Positions 1 to 9,504 of a stretch of DNA of 64,000 bases are shown here, piece by piece. This stretch comes from Thermoplasmatota archaeon (GTDB lineage Archaea > Thermoplasmatota > E2 > DHVEG-1). Numbering within the stretch: the first letter of the stretch is position 1; each line of letters begins with the position of its first letter. The notes under the pieces were generated by a model. It saw nothing but the letters and a program-made list of their open reading frames with translations. It did no database searches and was not told the DNA's origin. The stretch covers positions 4 to 64,003 of the forward strand of contig JAOZSQ010000005.1 of NCBI GenBank assembly GCA_029939595.1, written 5' to 3'. The translations under genes were made by a program, and so were the position numbers.

Positions 1-2
1 AA

Positions 3-116
3 CTTGGTGGAAATAGAATCTTTCTGATGAAAGATATGATGTCAGTAGAACTAGCAATAGAACAAGGTGCAGAAAAATATACAGATGAAATCGATGTTGA
101 ACGTTTGATTCTATAA
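3..116 (+). CDS. 3' end of a gene truncated by the window edge (product unknown)
   Basis: Open frame LGGNRIFLMKDMMSVELAIEQGAEKYTDEIDVERLIL ending in TAA at 114-116, followed by a T-tract. Confidence 0.55.
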   Translation, partial: LGGNRIFLMKDMMSVELAIEQGAEKYTDEIDVERLIL

Positions 117-367
117 TTTTTTTTATACTCTTGATCTGACATCAATTGCGCTTCTTATTTTTTCCACTTTATTTAATATCATCATTAATAATATCTGATA
201 GATGAGACAATATAAAGTAAACTTCTTTCTATTTTTTTAAAACAAAATAATTCAATTCTTCTTCTAGGTTATTAAAATAAATATTTATCATAGCTATTAC
301 ATTTAAAAAATAAATAAAATTTTTATGACGAATTATAGCAAAATAATATGAAAATAATGAATTATGT

Positions 368-493
368 TTAAAAATATCGCCATTGCGATGAAATATATTC
401 TTTATACTTAATTGGAATATTGTTTATAAGTTTCTTTTCATATTCTTTTCCATTCATTTCATTTCTTAAGATTATTTCATATTCTTGATTCAT
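368..493 (-). CDS. Small hypothetical protein (41 aa), not in ORF track
   Basis: MNQEYEIILRNEMNGKEYEKKLINNIPIKYKEYISSQWRYF*, with AGGTGA RBS just upstream of the ATG. Confidence 0.45.
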   Translation of the reverse strand: MNQEYEIILRNEMNGKEYEKKLINNIPIKYKEYISSQWRYF

Positions 494-761
494 CTTTTTT
501 CACCTGCCATTCCATATAGCGTGTTATTGTTTGCATATTATTTTATTTAATGGTGATGTGTAAATTTCCCATTTTGATAAAATAATATAATTTACAAATA
601 ATTATTATAAATTTAACAATATTATTCAAAAATCTTTTCTTTCTAATTCTCTATTAATATCAAATTCTATTGTTCAATTCTAATTTATAACTGATTTCAA
701 CTGAAAAAGACTATCCTTTCAAGGTTACAAATGAAAATTATACACTTTTTTTCAAATATAA

Positions 762-1433
762 TTAATTTATAGGTAGAAATATGAAAATTAATATAAATAT
801 TGAGCTGAAAATCGTGATAAAAATATTATCATCAATAGGGCCTATTTCAAATAGCTCAACAATTGATGCGATTAGTCCAGCTATTGCTCCACCTATTGCA
901 ATTCCACAAAGAGAACCAAAACCAAAACCAAGAGGAATACAAACAAATGCCATAAAGACATTTCCAATGGGGTGTTTGCTTCTTTTTTTGAATACCATAT
1001 TTCGAATAAGTCCTGTAACACCATCTCCAAATGACATGAAAAGAGCTGGGATAATTGCAATCCATTTATACTCATCACCTAGAAATGCCCATAATAAAAA
1101 AATTGAAAATCCCCACATTATGCAAAAATTTACATCGTTATAATCCCTTTTATTTTGGAACCAATAGAGTTTACTTCCCTTTTTGTGAGAAATATATGTA
1201 ACTACTGTAAGTATGATACTTGCTAAAAATGGAACCCAATATGAAGAAAAAAAAGGCATGAAAAGAGCAGTTATTCCACCTGCAAATATATGGACAAATT
1301 TGCGATTATAGTAAATTGCAGTTTCATTTTCAACCCCCTTACGCCTATTATATTCATATAAAAATTTCAATGAATAAAAAGTAGAGGCAACATAAATCGA
1401 TAGAATAATGGCTAGGAGGATATCAAAGACCAT
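762..1433 (-). CDS. Dolichol/phytol kinase-like (CTP-dependent polyprenol kinase / cytidylyltransferase family) membrane protein
   Basis: Multi-TM protein with RKFVHI, GDGVTGLIR and C-terminal IDDN motifs typical of the family. Confidence 0.75.
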   Translation of the reverse strand: MVFDILLAIILSIYVASTFYSLKFLYEYNRRKGVENETAIYYNRKFVHIFAGGITALFMPFFSSYWVPFLASIILTVVTYISHKKGSKLYWFQNKRDYNDVNFCIMWGFSIFLLWAFLGDEYKWIAIIPALFMSFGDGVTGLIRNMVFKKRSKHPIGNVFMAFVCIPLGFGFGSLCGIAIGGAIAGLIASIVELFEIGPIDDNIFITIFSSIFILIFIFLPIN

Positions 1434-1479
1434 ATGATTTCAGACAATACACTCTTTCTATTTAATCTTTTAAATATGT

Positions 1480-2061
1480 TTATATTTTATTGTAAAACTG
1501 TTCATGTATAATTGAAGATAATGGTTTTTTGGGAACATGTAAGATTTCTTTTTTATCTCTCCAATATTTGACCTCATTAATGTTTTCTTCCCTCTGTACT
1601 GTTTCATTTCTTTTCCCAAGTGCAATAAGGGCTTTTAATTCAATAAAATCAGGTATTTTTAAAATATGTTTTAGTTCTTTTTTATTTATTTTACAGAGAA
1701 TACATGAATCAAGTTCTAATGATTTTGCACTAAGTACGATATATGCCATTGCTATTCCCACATCAAGATCTACATAAGAATTCTTAGGTTGAGTATTAAT
1801 TATTGCAACATATGCAGTTGGTCTTTCATGTTTCTCGGGTTTCCATATGGGTTTAATGTATCCAGCCCATCCAATATTAGGAAAAATAGAAGCACACTGT
1901 TCTTGTTTATTAATGATTATATATTCAAGTGGTTGAAGATTTGCAGCAGATGGTGCTATACGGGCTGCATCAATGATTGTCTGAAGATTTTTATCCTCTA
2001 TTTGATCCTGAACGAAACGACGGATACTATTTCTTTTATTAATACACTCAAGGACTTCCAT
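1480..2061 (-). CDS. Nitroreductase family protein
   Basis: RNSIRRF, APSAANLQP and DVGIA..LSAKSLELDSC motifs. Confidence 0.9.
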   Translation of the reverse strand: MEVLECINKRNSIRRFVQDQIEDKNLQTIIDAARIAPSAANLQPLEYIIINKQEQCASIFPNIGWAGYIKPIWKPEKHERPTAYVAIINTQPKNSYVDLDVGIAMAYIVLSAKSLELDSCILCKINKKELKHILKIPDFIELKALIALGKRNETVQREENINEVKYWRDKKEILHVPKKPLSSIIHEQFYNKI

Positions 2062-2160
2062 TTAAGTAATACAATTACTATGTTTTTTTAATTGTTTTCA
2101 TTTATTTTTGTTATAAATTATCCATTATACTTATTAGCTATGGTTAAATTACAGTATTAT

Positions 2161-3732
2161 ATGGCAAGTGTCAAACGACAAGTTGGTTGTTGTGGAGGTG
2201 CACGAGTTGGTAAATCTATTGTGCGAAATGCTTCTAAGACAATTGAGAAACAAATGATTGAACATGCTGATAAATTATACGAAAATCCTTTTCTTGTCCT
2301 TCCAAAATTTCAGGATGATATCAGTAAGAAAGGTTTTAAGAAAACTTCAAAACAAATTGAAAAATTAGAAAAAATTAAGGACGATACTGATAAACTTGAG
2401 AAAATATCTAATAAAAGGTCCTTAGCAGCAGCAATTGCAGGGACCTTACTTATCCATCATGCTCAAAAAGCACCATTCTTAGCAGCAGCACCAATAACTT
2501 CTGGCACAGTCCTTTTTGCTCAACGTGGAAATGCATTACGTGAACATCTGATCGCAGTTCAACATCACGATGATCCATTTTTCAGATTATTAGGCATTAG
2601 AGATATTGTTTTAAAAAATGATCTTTATGTATATTCATGGGATGAATCTTTTGTATGTATGGGTAAAAAAGCGGCCCCACCATCTGATTTTATTGAGTTT
2701 GTAATGAAAAAACATGAATTATCTTTCTCAAATAATATTGCTATCTGTCCACATTTATCATCTGAAAAAATCCAAAATAAAAAAATCTACAATCATCCAT
2801 ATCTTTTCATACATTGGAAATCAGCAGATATTCTAATTGGTATATGTAAGCAATGTGCCTCAAAAAAGACAAATTTTCTCTTTGAAACAACAAAATATCT
2901 GATAGAACCAGATATTCAAACAGATTTCTCTATTGAAATAATTGGACATGTCTTGAAGGGCGAAGATAATGATTGTGAAAATGAAACCTTGTTTATAAAT
3001 GAGTATTTTTCGGGAAGACTTTCAGATAAAGAACTTATCGAAAAAAACATGAATCAACGTTTAAAAAAATTAAAGAATTCTTCTGAAATAAACTATGTTT
3101 TAAATAAAAAATCTTATGCTCAACCTGAAGAGTTTATCAATGCACTTCATCCAAATGAACATGAAAAGAATGCCTTACTTTTTCTACTTGATCATCATCA
3201 AGAATCATTAGTGGTCTCTGATGTCACACCAAATTCAGTTATTGAAATGCTATGGAAAGAAAATGGTATTCAGTTTCTAGAAGAGATTGTTCAAGATAAA
3301 GATAAAGCAGAAGATCTATACACACTTTCTGAATCTCCCTCTCAGATAATTAAAATTGCTTATGATATAAAGAACCGTAAACAGATTCTAAAAGATCTTC
3401 CAGTTTATGAAAATTTACCACCTCTTGCAAATTTTGCAGATCATCTTGCTCGTATTTATCGTATTGAAGGAAAAGATAAAGTTATCATTGAAGCGAAAAA
3501 ACATCCTGATGGTACAAGGGGAAAAGCAATCTCTTATGGTTTTTTACTTGCAATTAATAAAGCAAAGGATTTTAGATGGAAATATAAAAAAGAAGAAATT
3601 GAATCCGGTGAATTTCTTAAACCATATATTGAAAAACTTCTTAGCTGTACAACTGACTCATATGATGAGGCATTGCAGGATCTTCTTACATTTAGTGGCG
3701 CATCTATTGATATATCTAAATATAAAATATAG
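2161..3732 (+). CDS. Hypothetical protein with Cys motifs
   Basis: Long ORF; start moved to ATG 2161 (MASVKRQVGCCGG); CPH and CKQC motifs; no family recognised. Confidence 0.75.
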   Translation: MASVKRQVGCCGGARVGKSIVRNASKTIEKQMIEHADKLYENPFLVLPKFQDDISKKGFKKTSKQIEKLEKIKDDTDKLEKISNKRSLAAAIAGTLLIHHAQKAPFLAAAPITSGTVLFAQRGNALREHLIAVQHHDDPFFRLLGIRDIVLKNDLYVYSWDESFVCMGKKAAPPSDFIEFVMKKHELSFSNNIAICPHLSSEKIQNKKIYNHPYLFIHWKSADILIGICKQCASKKTNFLFETTKYLIEPDIQTDFSIEIIGHVLKGEDNDCENETLFINEYFSGRLSDKELIEKNMNQRLKKLKNSSEINYVLNKKSYAQPEEFINALHPNEHEKNALLFLLDHHQESLVVSDVTPNSVIEMLWKENGIQFLEEIVQDKDKAEDLYTLSESPSQIIKIAYDIKNRKQILKDLPVYENLPPLANFADHLARIYRIEGKDKVIIEAKKHPDGTRGKAISYGFLLAINKAKDFRWKYKKEEIESGEFLKPYIEKLLSCTTDSYDEALQDLLTFSGASIDISKYKI

Positions 3733-3833
3733 ATGAAATATATTCATCTTTTAAATTTCTTTAAGAGGAAAATATAATTTTTTTTACCATTAGATATTTA
3801 AATACTTCCTGATTCCATCTTTTGTGAACACCC

Positions 3834-5039
3834 ATGATTAGAGCATCGAATCGATCAAAAAATGTTTCTTACGCAATTCGTGATGTGATTATTCCTGCAA
3901 AAAAACTTGAAAAGCAAGGTAAAAAAATCCTACATTTAAATATTGGTGATCCGATTAAATATGATTTTGATACGCCTCAACATATGAAAGATGCATTATA
4001 TGAAGCCGCACAACAAGGATTCAATGGTTATGCACCTTCAGAAGGATACCCTGAACTTATAGATGCGATTATTGATCGTGAGAAAAATCGTAATAATGTC
4101 AATTATTCAACTGATAATATATGTGTAACAACTGGTGTTACAGAATCATTACAAATTCTTTTAGAAACAAATCTTAACCCAAATGAAGAATTAATTATCC
4201 CTGGTCCAACGTATCCTCAATATAATCTAATCACCAGAGTAAACAATGCATTGCCTGTTTATTATCAATGCATTGAAGAAGAAGGGTGGGCACCAGATAT
4301 CGATCAAATAAGAAAACGTATGACCAATAGAACAAAAGCAATTGTGATAATTAATCCAAATAATCCTACTGGTGCCGTCTATTCTGAAAAGATCCTTAAA
4401 GAATTTATTGATATCGCAGGAGAATATAATATACCAGTTGTTTCCGATGAGATATATGATGATTTAACATTTTCAAATAAACAAACAGCCACTGCATCTA
4501 TTGCAAAAGATGTTCCAGTAATAACCTTTAATGGCTTTTCAAAGGTTTATCTAGTTCCGGGTTGGAGGATGGGTTATGTTATGTTTCATCATAATGGTGA
4601 ACTTGATGAAATTCAGGATGCATTCATGCGTATCGCACGTTCCAGACTTTCAGCCAATTCAGTATGCCAAAAAGCATGTATAGCAGCATTAAAAGGCCCT
4701 CAAGATCATATTAAACAAATGAATGATAAATTAATACAACGCAGAGATTTTGCATTTAAACGTTTAAATGAAATTCCTGGTATTTCAACACAGAAACCAG
4801 AAGGTGCTTTCTATATCTTCCCAAAAATTGATGCAATGGACCAAGGCATATGGAAAAATGATAAAGAATTTGTTCTTGACCTTTTACATGATCAACAAGT
4901 TCTTGTTGTTCATGGATCAGGTTTTTGTCAAACATATGGAAAAAATCATTTTAGAGCAGTTTTCTTACCAACAATGGAAACCTTAGAAGAAGCATTCAAT
5001 AAGATGGAAATATTTATGAAAAAACGTTTAGTACAATAG
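3834..5039 (+). CDS. PLP-dependent aminotransferase class I/II (alanine aminotransferase-like)
   Basis: LNIGDP, INPNNPTGAVY, SDEIYD, GFSKVYLVPGWRMG (PLP lysine). Confidence 0.92.
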   Translation: MIRASNRSKNVSYAIRDVIIPAKKLEKQGKKILHLNIGDPIKYDFDTPQHMKDALYEAAQQGFNGYAPSEGYPELIDAIIDREKNRNNVNYSTDNICVTTGVTESLQILLETNLNPNEELIIPGPTYPQYNLITRVNNALPVYYQCIEEEGWAPDIDQIRKRMTNRTKAIVIINPNNPTGAVYSEKILKEFIDIAGEYNIPVVSDEIYDDLTFSNKQTATASIAKDVPVITFNGFSKVYLVPGWRMGYVMFHHNGELDEIQDAFMRIARSRLSANSVCQKACIAALKGPQDHIKQMNDKLIQRRDFAFKRLNEIPGISTQKPEGAFYIFPKIDAMDQGIWKNDKEFVLDLLHDQQVLVVHGSGFCQTYGKNHFRAVFLPTMETLEEAFNKMEIFMKKRLVQ

Positions 5040-5113
5040 AAACATAATACTGTTTACATACAATAAATATAAAAAAATAGATATTAATTAAATTCAGATA
5101 TTTTCCATAATGT

Positions 5114-5659
5114 TTACCATTTATCCCAATGTATGATTTCCTGTAAAGATTTCCTTTTTGTACTACGAATTAACTTTTTACGGGTTTTTAATCCAATTGA
5201 TTCTTTTTCTTTTGAATGTCCAACAGGAGTCATTGCAACTATTTTTATTCTTGGTGGAATTTCAAGGATTTCCTTTATTTTTTTCTCATCAAAGCCACCA
5301 ATCCAACAGGTTCCAAGATCTCTATTTGTAGCCGCTAATATAAGGTGTTCAAATGCAATAGCAACATCTACGATATAATAACCAATTTCATTATTATATC
5401 CACTTTGTTTTGGATCTGCACAAGCAACAATAATGACTGGTGCTTGTTTCAACCAGCGATTAATAATATTTGTTTTTGCTATTTCTTTAATTATATTTTG
5501 TTTTTTTATTACGATGAATCTCCAACATTGCTTATTCATCCATGATGGTGCCTTCTGAGCACATTCAAGAATATATAATATATCTTCATCTGAAACAATT
5601 TTTTGTAAAAAAGAACGTGTGCTCACTCGATTATTGATAACATCTGAGAATTCCATCAA
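5114..5659 (-). CDS. Nitroreductase family protein
   Basis: RVSTRSF, APSWMNKQCWRF, LGTCWIGGFDE. Confidence 0.9.
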   Translation of the reverse strand: MMEFSDVINNRVSTRSFLQKIVSDEDILYILECAQKAPSWMNKQCWRFIVIKKQNIIKEIAKTNIINRWLKQAPVIIVACADPKQSGYNNEIGYYIVDVAIAFEHLILAATNRDLGTCWIGGFDEKKIKEILEIPPRIKIVAMTPVGHSKEKESIGLKTRKKLIRSTKRKSLQEIIHWDKW

Positions 5660-5737
5660 CCATCCAACCTACTAAATATATTTATTGATTATACACCATT
5701 ATAATTAAAAAATTAAAATGACATTAGCAAAGATTTA

Positions 5738-6772
5738 CTATTGTTGTTTAAGTTTATTGATCTTTTCAAATATGACTTGATCGACTGTTTGATGTATTTC
5801 ATCAATATTCATTGGATGTGAGATCACAGATTCAATATCCTGATTTTCAGAAATATCTAGAACCGGCGATTTTGAGTTATATAAACGTGATTCTGTATCA
5901 AATGATCTTATTTCAGATTCTGATTCTAATGCATTTTGAACTGTTGAAACATGGGCAATTCTTTCTTGGATACTAGTTTGTGCAATTGGTTTAATTTGAA
6001 CTTTTCCATCAACCATTTGTTTCTGTAATTGTTCAAATGCATGTGTTTGTTTAATGGATTCCATTTGTGTTTTTGTTAGTTGTTTACTAAGATCGGTTAT
6101 TATCTGATTTCTGGAAATTATATCATCATTAAAACTCTTTATTTCCTGTTGTAATCTCATTATTTGATCATTTTTTTCCGAAACGTCAAGATTTCTAAGT
6201 GCAACAATTGCATCTTTTCTTTCCACTTTATCATTGAATTGATCAATCATATGGGCTTGTTCAATGAATTGAGTTTGCCTATCTGTTAATTGACGTGACA
6301 ATTGACATATAATTTCATTACGAGTTTCAACATCATTATTAAGAATTTCAACTTCATTTTTTAAAAATTTTAAAGTGTTTTCATTTTCATCAAGGATTTC
6401 CTGTATAATTGGTTCAGAAGTTAAGTTGATCTTTTTTTCCTTAGTTAACCACCCTATTGCCTGATGTATTTCGATAGCATTTAATTCTGTTATTTTATGT
6501 AATGTTGAAACAGAATATGGAACTTCTTTTAGGATTTTAAATACAATTTCTGCATTTAATCCAATTGTTTTATCCATATTTGTTTGTCCCAAAGAAAAAA
6601 ATTCACCATTTCTATGTATTTTATTTTCCTTTGATAACCATCCAATAGCTGCATCAACCTCTGGAGCTTTCAACTCAGTTTCATTAATAAGTTGATATCT
6701 TGTTGCTCTTTTTTTTGAATCTAAAACCCGCCAAACTTTCCCAGCATTGGGTCCAATTGAATCTTCATCCAT
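5738..6772 (-). CDS. Tandem winged-helix (DUF2582-like) domains fused to a coiled coil
   Basis: Two repeats, IGPNAGKVW..AIGWLSKENKI and IGLNAEIVF..AIGWLTKEKKI, then a heptad-rich region; start at 6772 or 6781 after a GTGAGG RBS. Confidence 0.7.
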   Translation of the reverse strand: MDEDSIGPNAGKVWRVLDSKKRATRYQLINETELKAPEVDAAIGWLSKENKIHRNGEFFSLGQTNMDKTIGLNAEIVFKILKEVPYSVSTLHKITELNAIEIHQAIGWLTKEKKINLTSEPIIQEILDENENTLKFLKNEVEILNNDVETRNEIICQLSRQLTDRQTQFIEQAHMIDQFNDKVERKDAIVALRNLDVSEKNDQIMRLQQEIKSFNDDIISRNQIITDLSKQLTKTQMESIKQTHAFEQLQKQMVDGKVQIKPIAQTSIQERIAHVSTVQNALESESEIRSFDTESRLYNSKSPVLDISENQDIESVISHPMNIDEIHQTVDQVIFEKINKLKQQ

Positions 6773-6838
6773 TTGGTACATCCTCACACAATGATTAGAA
6801 AAGAAAAAGTAGCACTTATACTTTTCCATTAAAATAAA

Positions 6839-7227
6839 TGAAAATTCCTATTGCGCCCAACAAGGGTTGTAATCCTTTAATAACAGTTATACACGTTCCA
6901 ATGCCTGTTCTCCTTCCTTTGTAAACCTCATCCCCAATAATAAGAGTTCCTAAAAACACGTTTGTACAAATATACGCATCTATGAGATCTGATTAATAAT
7001 CCTCCTCTTCCCTGTTGAATGATTCCGTTCATATTTTTATCTCCATGAGATATCCAAATATGCCCTGGGTTTTCTTTTCCTTCCTGTGTTTCAGTTCGAA
7101 TGCACTCTCTGTTGTGCCTATAATGGGCACAACATAGTTAAATGCCTGTCCATATCTAAAGACAAGTTGAAAAAATGGGCACAATCAATCTAAATACAAC
7201 TCTCAATGGGCATAATAGGAAAATTCA
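6839..7227. repeat. Non-coding element with imperfect terminal inverted repeats and internal AATGGGCA(C/T)AA repeats
   Basis: Left end TGAAAATTCCTATTGCGCCCAACAAGGGTTGTA versus reverse complement of right end TGAATTTTCCTATTATGCCCATTGAGAGTTGTA; direct copies at 7122, 7174 and 7205; palindrome at 7110-7134. Confidence 0.65.
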
Positions 7228-7442
7228 AACTATTAAGATTCTCTAACACTTTAAAGTTCTTCAGATATTTTATATTATATACAATATTTTTATGTAATAA
7301 ACCTTGCTTCATAAGTGATTTGAATTATAAAAAAATATTTGAAAATTTTTAAATTAAGGGAACACGATGCAGTTGTTCTAAAAATGGACAGATAATTTAA
7401 GAATCATAAAATTGTGTAATTTATTGAATTAAACGACAATTT

Positions 7443-7466
7443 ATTGACGAATAAATTGACGAATAA
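7443..7466. repeat. 12-bp tandem direct repeat ATTGACGAATAA x2
   Basis: Exact copies at 7443-7454 and 7455-7466, upstream of ORF 7506. Confidence 0.7.
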
Positions 7467-7505
7467 ATGAAAGATTTTATTAATTAAAAATGACATTGAT
7501 AATTA

Positions 7506-7763
7506 TTGTCTAAAATTCTAGGTTTGATGGAAATGACGAGATATAAAGTAGAATTAAGTAGGATATTAAAAAAGGGATTGAACGGTAAAGATAAAACTGA
7601 GATTTGGGCAAATATCAAAAATATGGAATCTTGTTCAACTACGAAAAAATTAGTATGGTGGGAAGATGAAAAGGGTCATTTCCATGACGAATCACCAAAT
7701 TTATCATGTGAATTACGGGACATCATTGATAATGCATGGATAGAAAAAAAGAGATACTGGTAG
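7506..7763 (+). CDS. Small hypothetical protein
   Basis: 85-aa ORF in the track; the true start may be the ATG at 7527 or 7533. Confidence 0.6.
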   Translation: MSKILGLMEMTRYKVELSRILKKGLNGKDKTEIWANIKNMESCSTTKKLVWWEDEKGHFHDESPNLSCELRDIIDNAWIEKKRYW

Positions 7764-7785
7764 ATTAAATTATAAAAAAAGATGA

Positions 7786-8052
7786 TCACTTAGATTCTTC
7801 AATAAGGTCTCTGATTTTTTTTGATAATCTTAGTTTTTTATTTTTCTTTGATTTTCTTGTGATTAACAAATTATTTTCTAACATATCTGATATAATTCGA
7901 TATTTTGTCATATGGCTTAATTCACAATGTAATCCAAGAGTATTTGCAAGATCATCAACTTCACGAAGTGCACCATCAATACTTGTTGCAATATGATCTT
8001 TATGAATAACGAATATAATTGTTGCTAGACTTGCATATGTTGTAGATTTCAT
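7786..8052 (-). CDS. Small basic protein, possibly winged-helix DNA-binding
   Basis: GGAGA RBS; helix then L.ENNLL.TRK..K..LRLS, resembling a wHTH wing. Confidence 0.6.
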   Translation of the reverse strand: MKSTTYASLATIIFVIHKDHIATSIDGALREVDDLANTLGLHCELSHMTKYRIISDMLENNLLITRKSKKNKKLRLSKKIRDLIEESK

Positions 8053-8164
8053 AGTGATATCTCCTTATTTCATAACAGATATAGGAATATTATTCTAATA
8101 CCTTTTGATAATGAATTAAAATTTTAGATGATACTAAATCAATTCATTTTAACTGATAAAAATT

Positions 8165-8464
8165 TTATTCTGCTTTTCGTAAATATATTTCAATTGATGG
8201 TATGTCCATTGGTTTATTAGTTTTATTATCAATAATATTTTCAAGCCCTAATTTAACATCATATATAACTGTATCTTCCAAGAATTTTTTATTAACAATT
8301 AAAGCAGCCTCAACGGCTTTTCCAATTGTATGTCCCCTAGCTTTTATGATAACTTCTGAAGATTTTTTAAATTCGGTTAATATAGCCATTACATAATTCA
8401 TTGGTGGTTTATTACCTATAAAAATTACATTGTCATCTTCGTCATCATTACTCATAGTTACCAT
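8165..8464 (-). CDS. albA: DNA/RNA-binding protein Alba
   Basis: IFIGNKPPMNYV, IIKARG, SIEIYL signature. Confidence 0.9.
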   Translation of the reverse strand: MVTMSNDDEDDNVIFIGNKPPMNYVMAILTEFKKSSEVIIKARGHTIGKAVEAALIVNKKFLEDTVIYDVKLGLENIIDNKTNKPMDIPSIEIYLRKAE

Positions 8465-8819
8465 TGAAAAGATATTAAAACAATCTATTTAAAAGATTTG
8501 ATAAATATTACAAAACAATCATATTTAATAATTATAATAAATTTATATTTTTTTTATTTCAATTGTGAGAGGTATGTTTTTTCTTCTAAAATGAACTCAT
8601 CATAAAAAAAAGCCAAAAATTCATCAAACATTGAACAATTAATAAAACCGTTTTCTTTTCAATATTTCTTGCCATATCATCAACTCACTAATGGATTTTG
8701 TAATTTATCATATATGAATCTTTTATGACAATTTATCAAAATGGTAAAAATCTAGCAATATCTTGAATCGATACTTCACACCTAGAATTTATATATTATT
8801 GTTGTATTCGGGATATTTC

Positions 8820-9203
8820 ATGGCATTATGGCAGGCTGAGTCAAAAAGAAGCAAAACTGGACGTAGGATTCGTTATTCTCGTGGAAAGCGCCGATTTGAA
8901 ATTGGTAGAGAGACACATCTTACAACAATCGGAAATCCAACGATAAAAAAAATTATAACAAGAGGCAATCAAAGAAAAAACACTGCAAAAACAATTAATG
9001 TTGCTTATGTTGTAGATAAAGACTCGAAGAAAATCACAAAAACTGAAATTAAATCAGTTATTGATAATCCTGCAAATATAAATTACATTCGTCGAAATAT
9101 AATTAACAAGGGCGCAATAATTGAAACCGGCATTGGCAAAGCAAGAATATCTTCACGTCCAGGTCAAACAGGCGTCGTAAATGCTGTATTAATAAAAGAA
9201 TAA
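8820..9203 (+). CDS. rps8e: 30S ribosomal protein S8e
   Basis: MALWQ..SKRSKTG, RRNIINKGAIIET..GKARISSRPGQTGVVNAVL; start moved to ATG 8820. Confidence 0.95.
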   Translation: MALWQAESKRSKTGRRIRYSRGKRRFEIGRETHLTTIGNPTIKKIITRGNQRKNTAKTINVAYVVDKDSKKITKTEIKSVIDNPANINYIRRNIINKGAIIETGIGKARISSRPGQTGVVNAVLIKE

Positions 9204-9227
9204 ATAAAAAAAAATTGTTGATTTTTT

Positions 9228-9503
9228 ATGGGCTACCGTCAAGATGACAAATACATAATTTACCCTCTTTATTTTGATTCATCAATTTCAAGAAAAGCTG
9301 GAAGACGCATCCCAATAAAACTTAGTGTTGAAAAACCCATGATATCAGACATTTCCGTAGCTGCTAAAAACCTAGGTTTTCAACCTATTTTGGAAAATGA
9401 TTGTTCACATCCAAAGAGATCATGGAAAAATGAAGGACGAATACTTGTTGATAAGGAAGATTCTAAACAGTCCATGATTTTGCAAATTGCAAAGTCCTTA
9501 TAA
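9228..9503 (+). CDS. srp19: Signal recognition particle protein SRP19
   Basis: IYPLYFDSSISRKAGRRIP and HPKRSW..EGRILV. Confidence 0.92.
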   Translation: MGYRQDDKYIIYPLYFDSSISRKAGRRIPIKLSVEKPMISDISVAAKNLGFQPILENDCSHPKRSWKNEGRILVDKEDSKQSMILQIAKSL

Positions 9504-9504
9504 T

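Noticed and set aside
376-389. Near-palindrome ATCGCCATTGCGAT as an operator
   Set aside because: Single short copy lying inside a plausible small ORF.
6928-7032. 34-aa minus-strand ORF ending in TGA with the frame open beyond it (selenoprotein idea)
   Set aside because: No redox-motif context and no recognisable protein; likely a chance ORF in a GC-richer tract.
6839-7227. SRP RNA or RNase P RNA (suitable size, paired ends, srp19 nearby)
   Set aside because: I could not find the SRP helix-8 motif or the RNase P GAGGAAAGUCC motif on either strand; kept only as an unknown element.
8540-8790. Possible decayed minus-strand gene between alba and rps8e
   Set aside because: Only short broken frames with no recognisable similarity; cannot support a pseudogene call.
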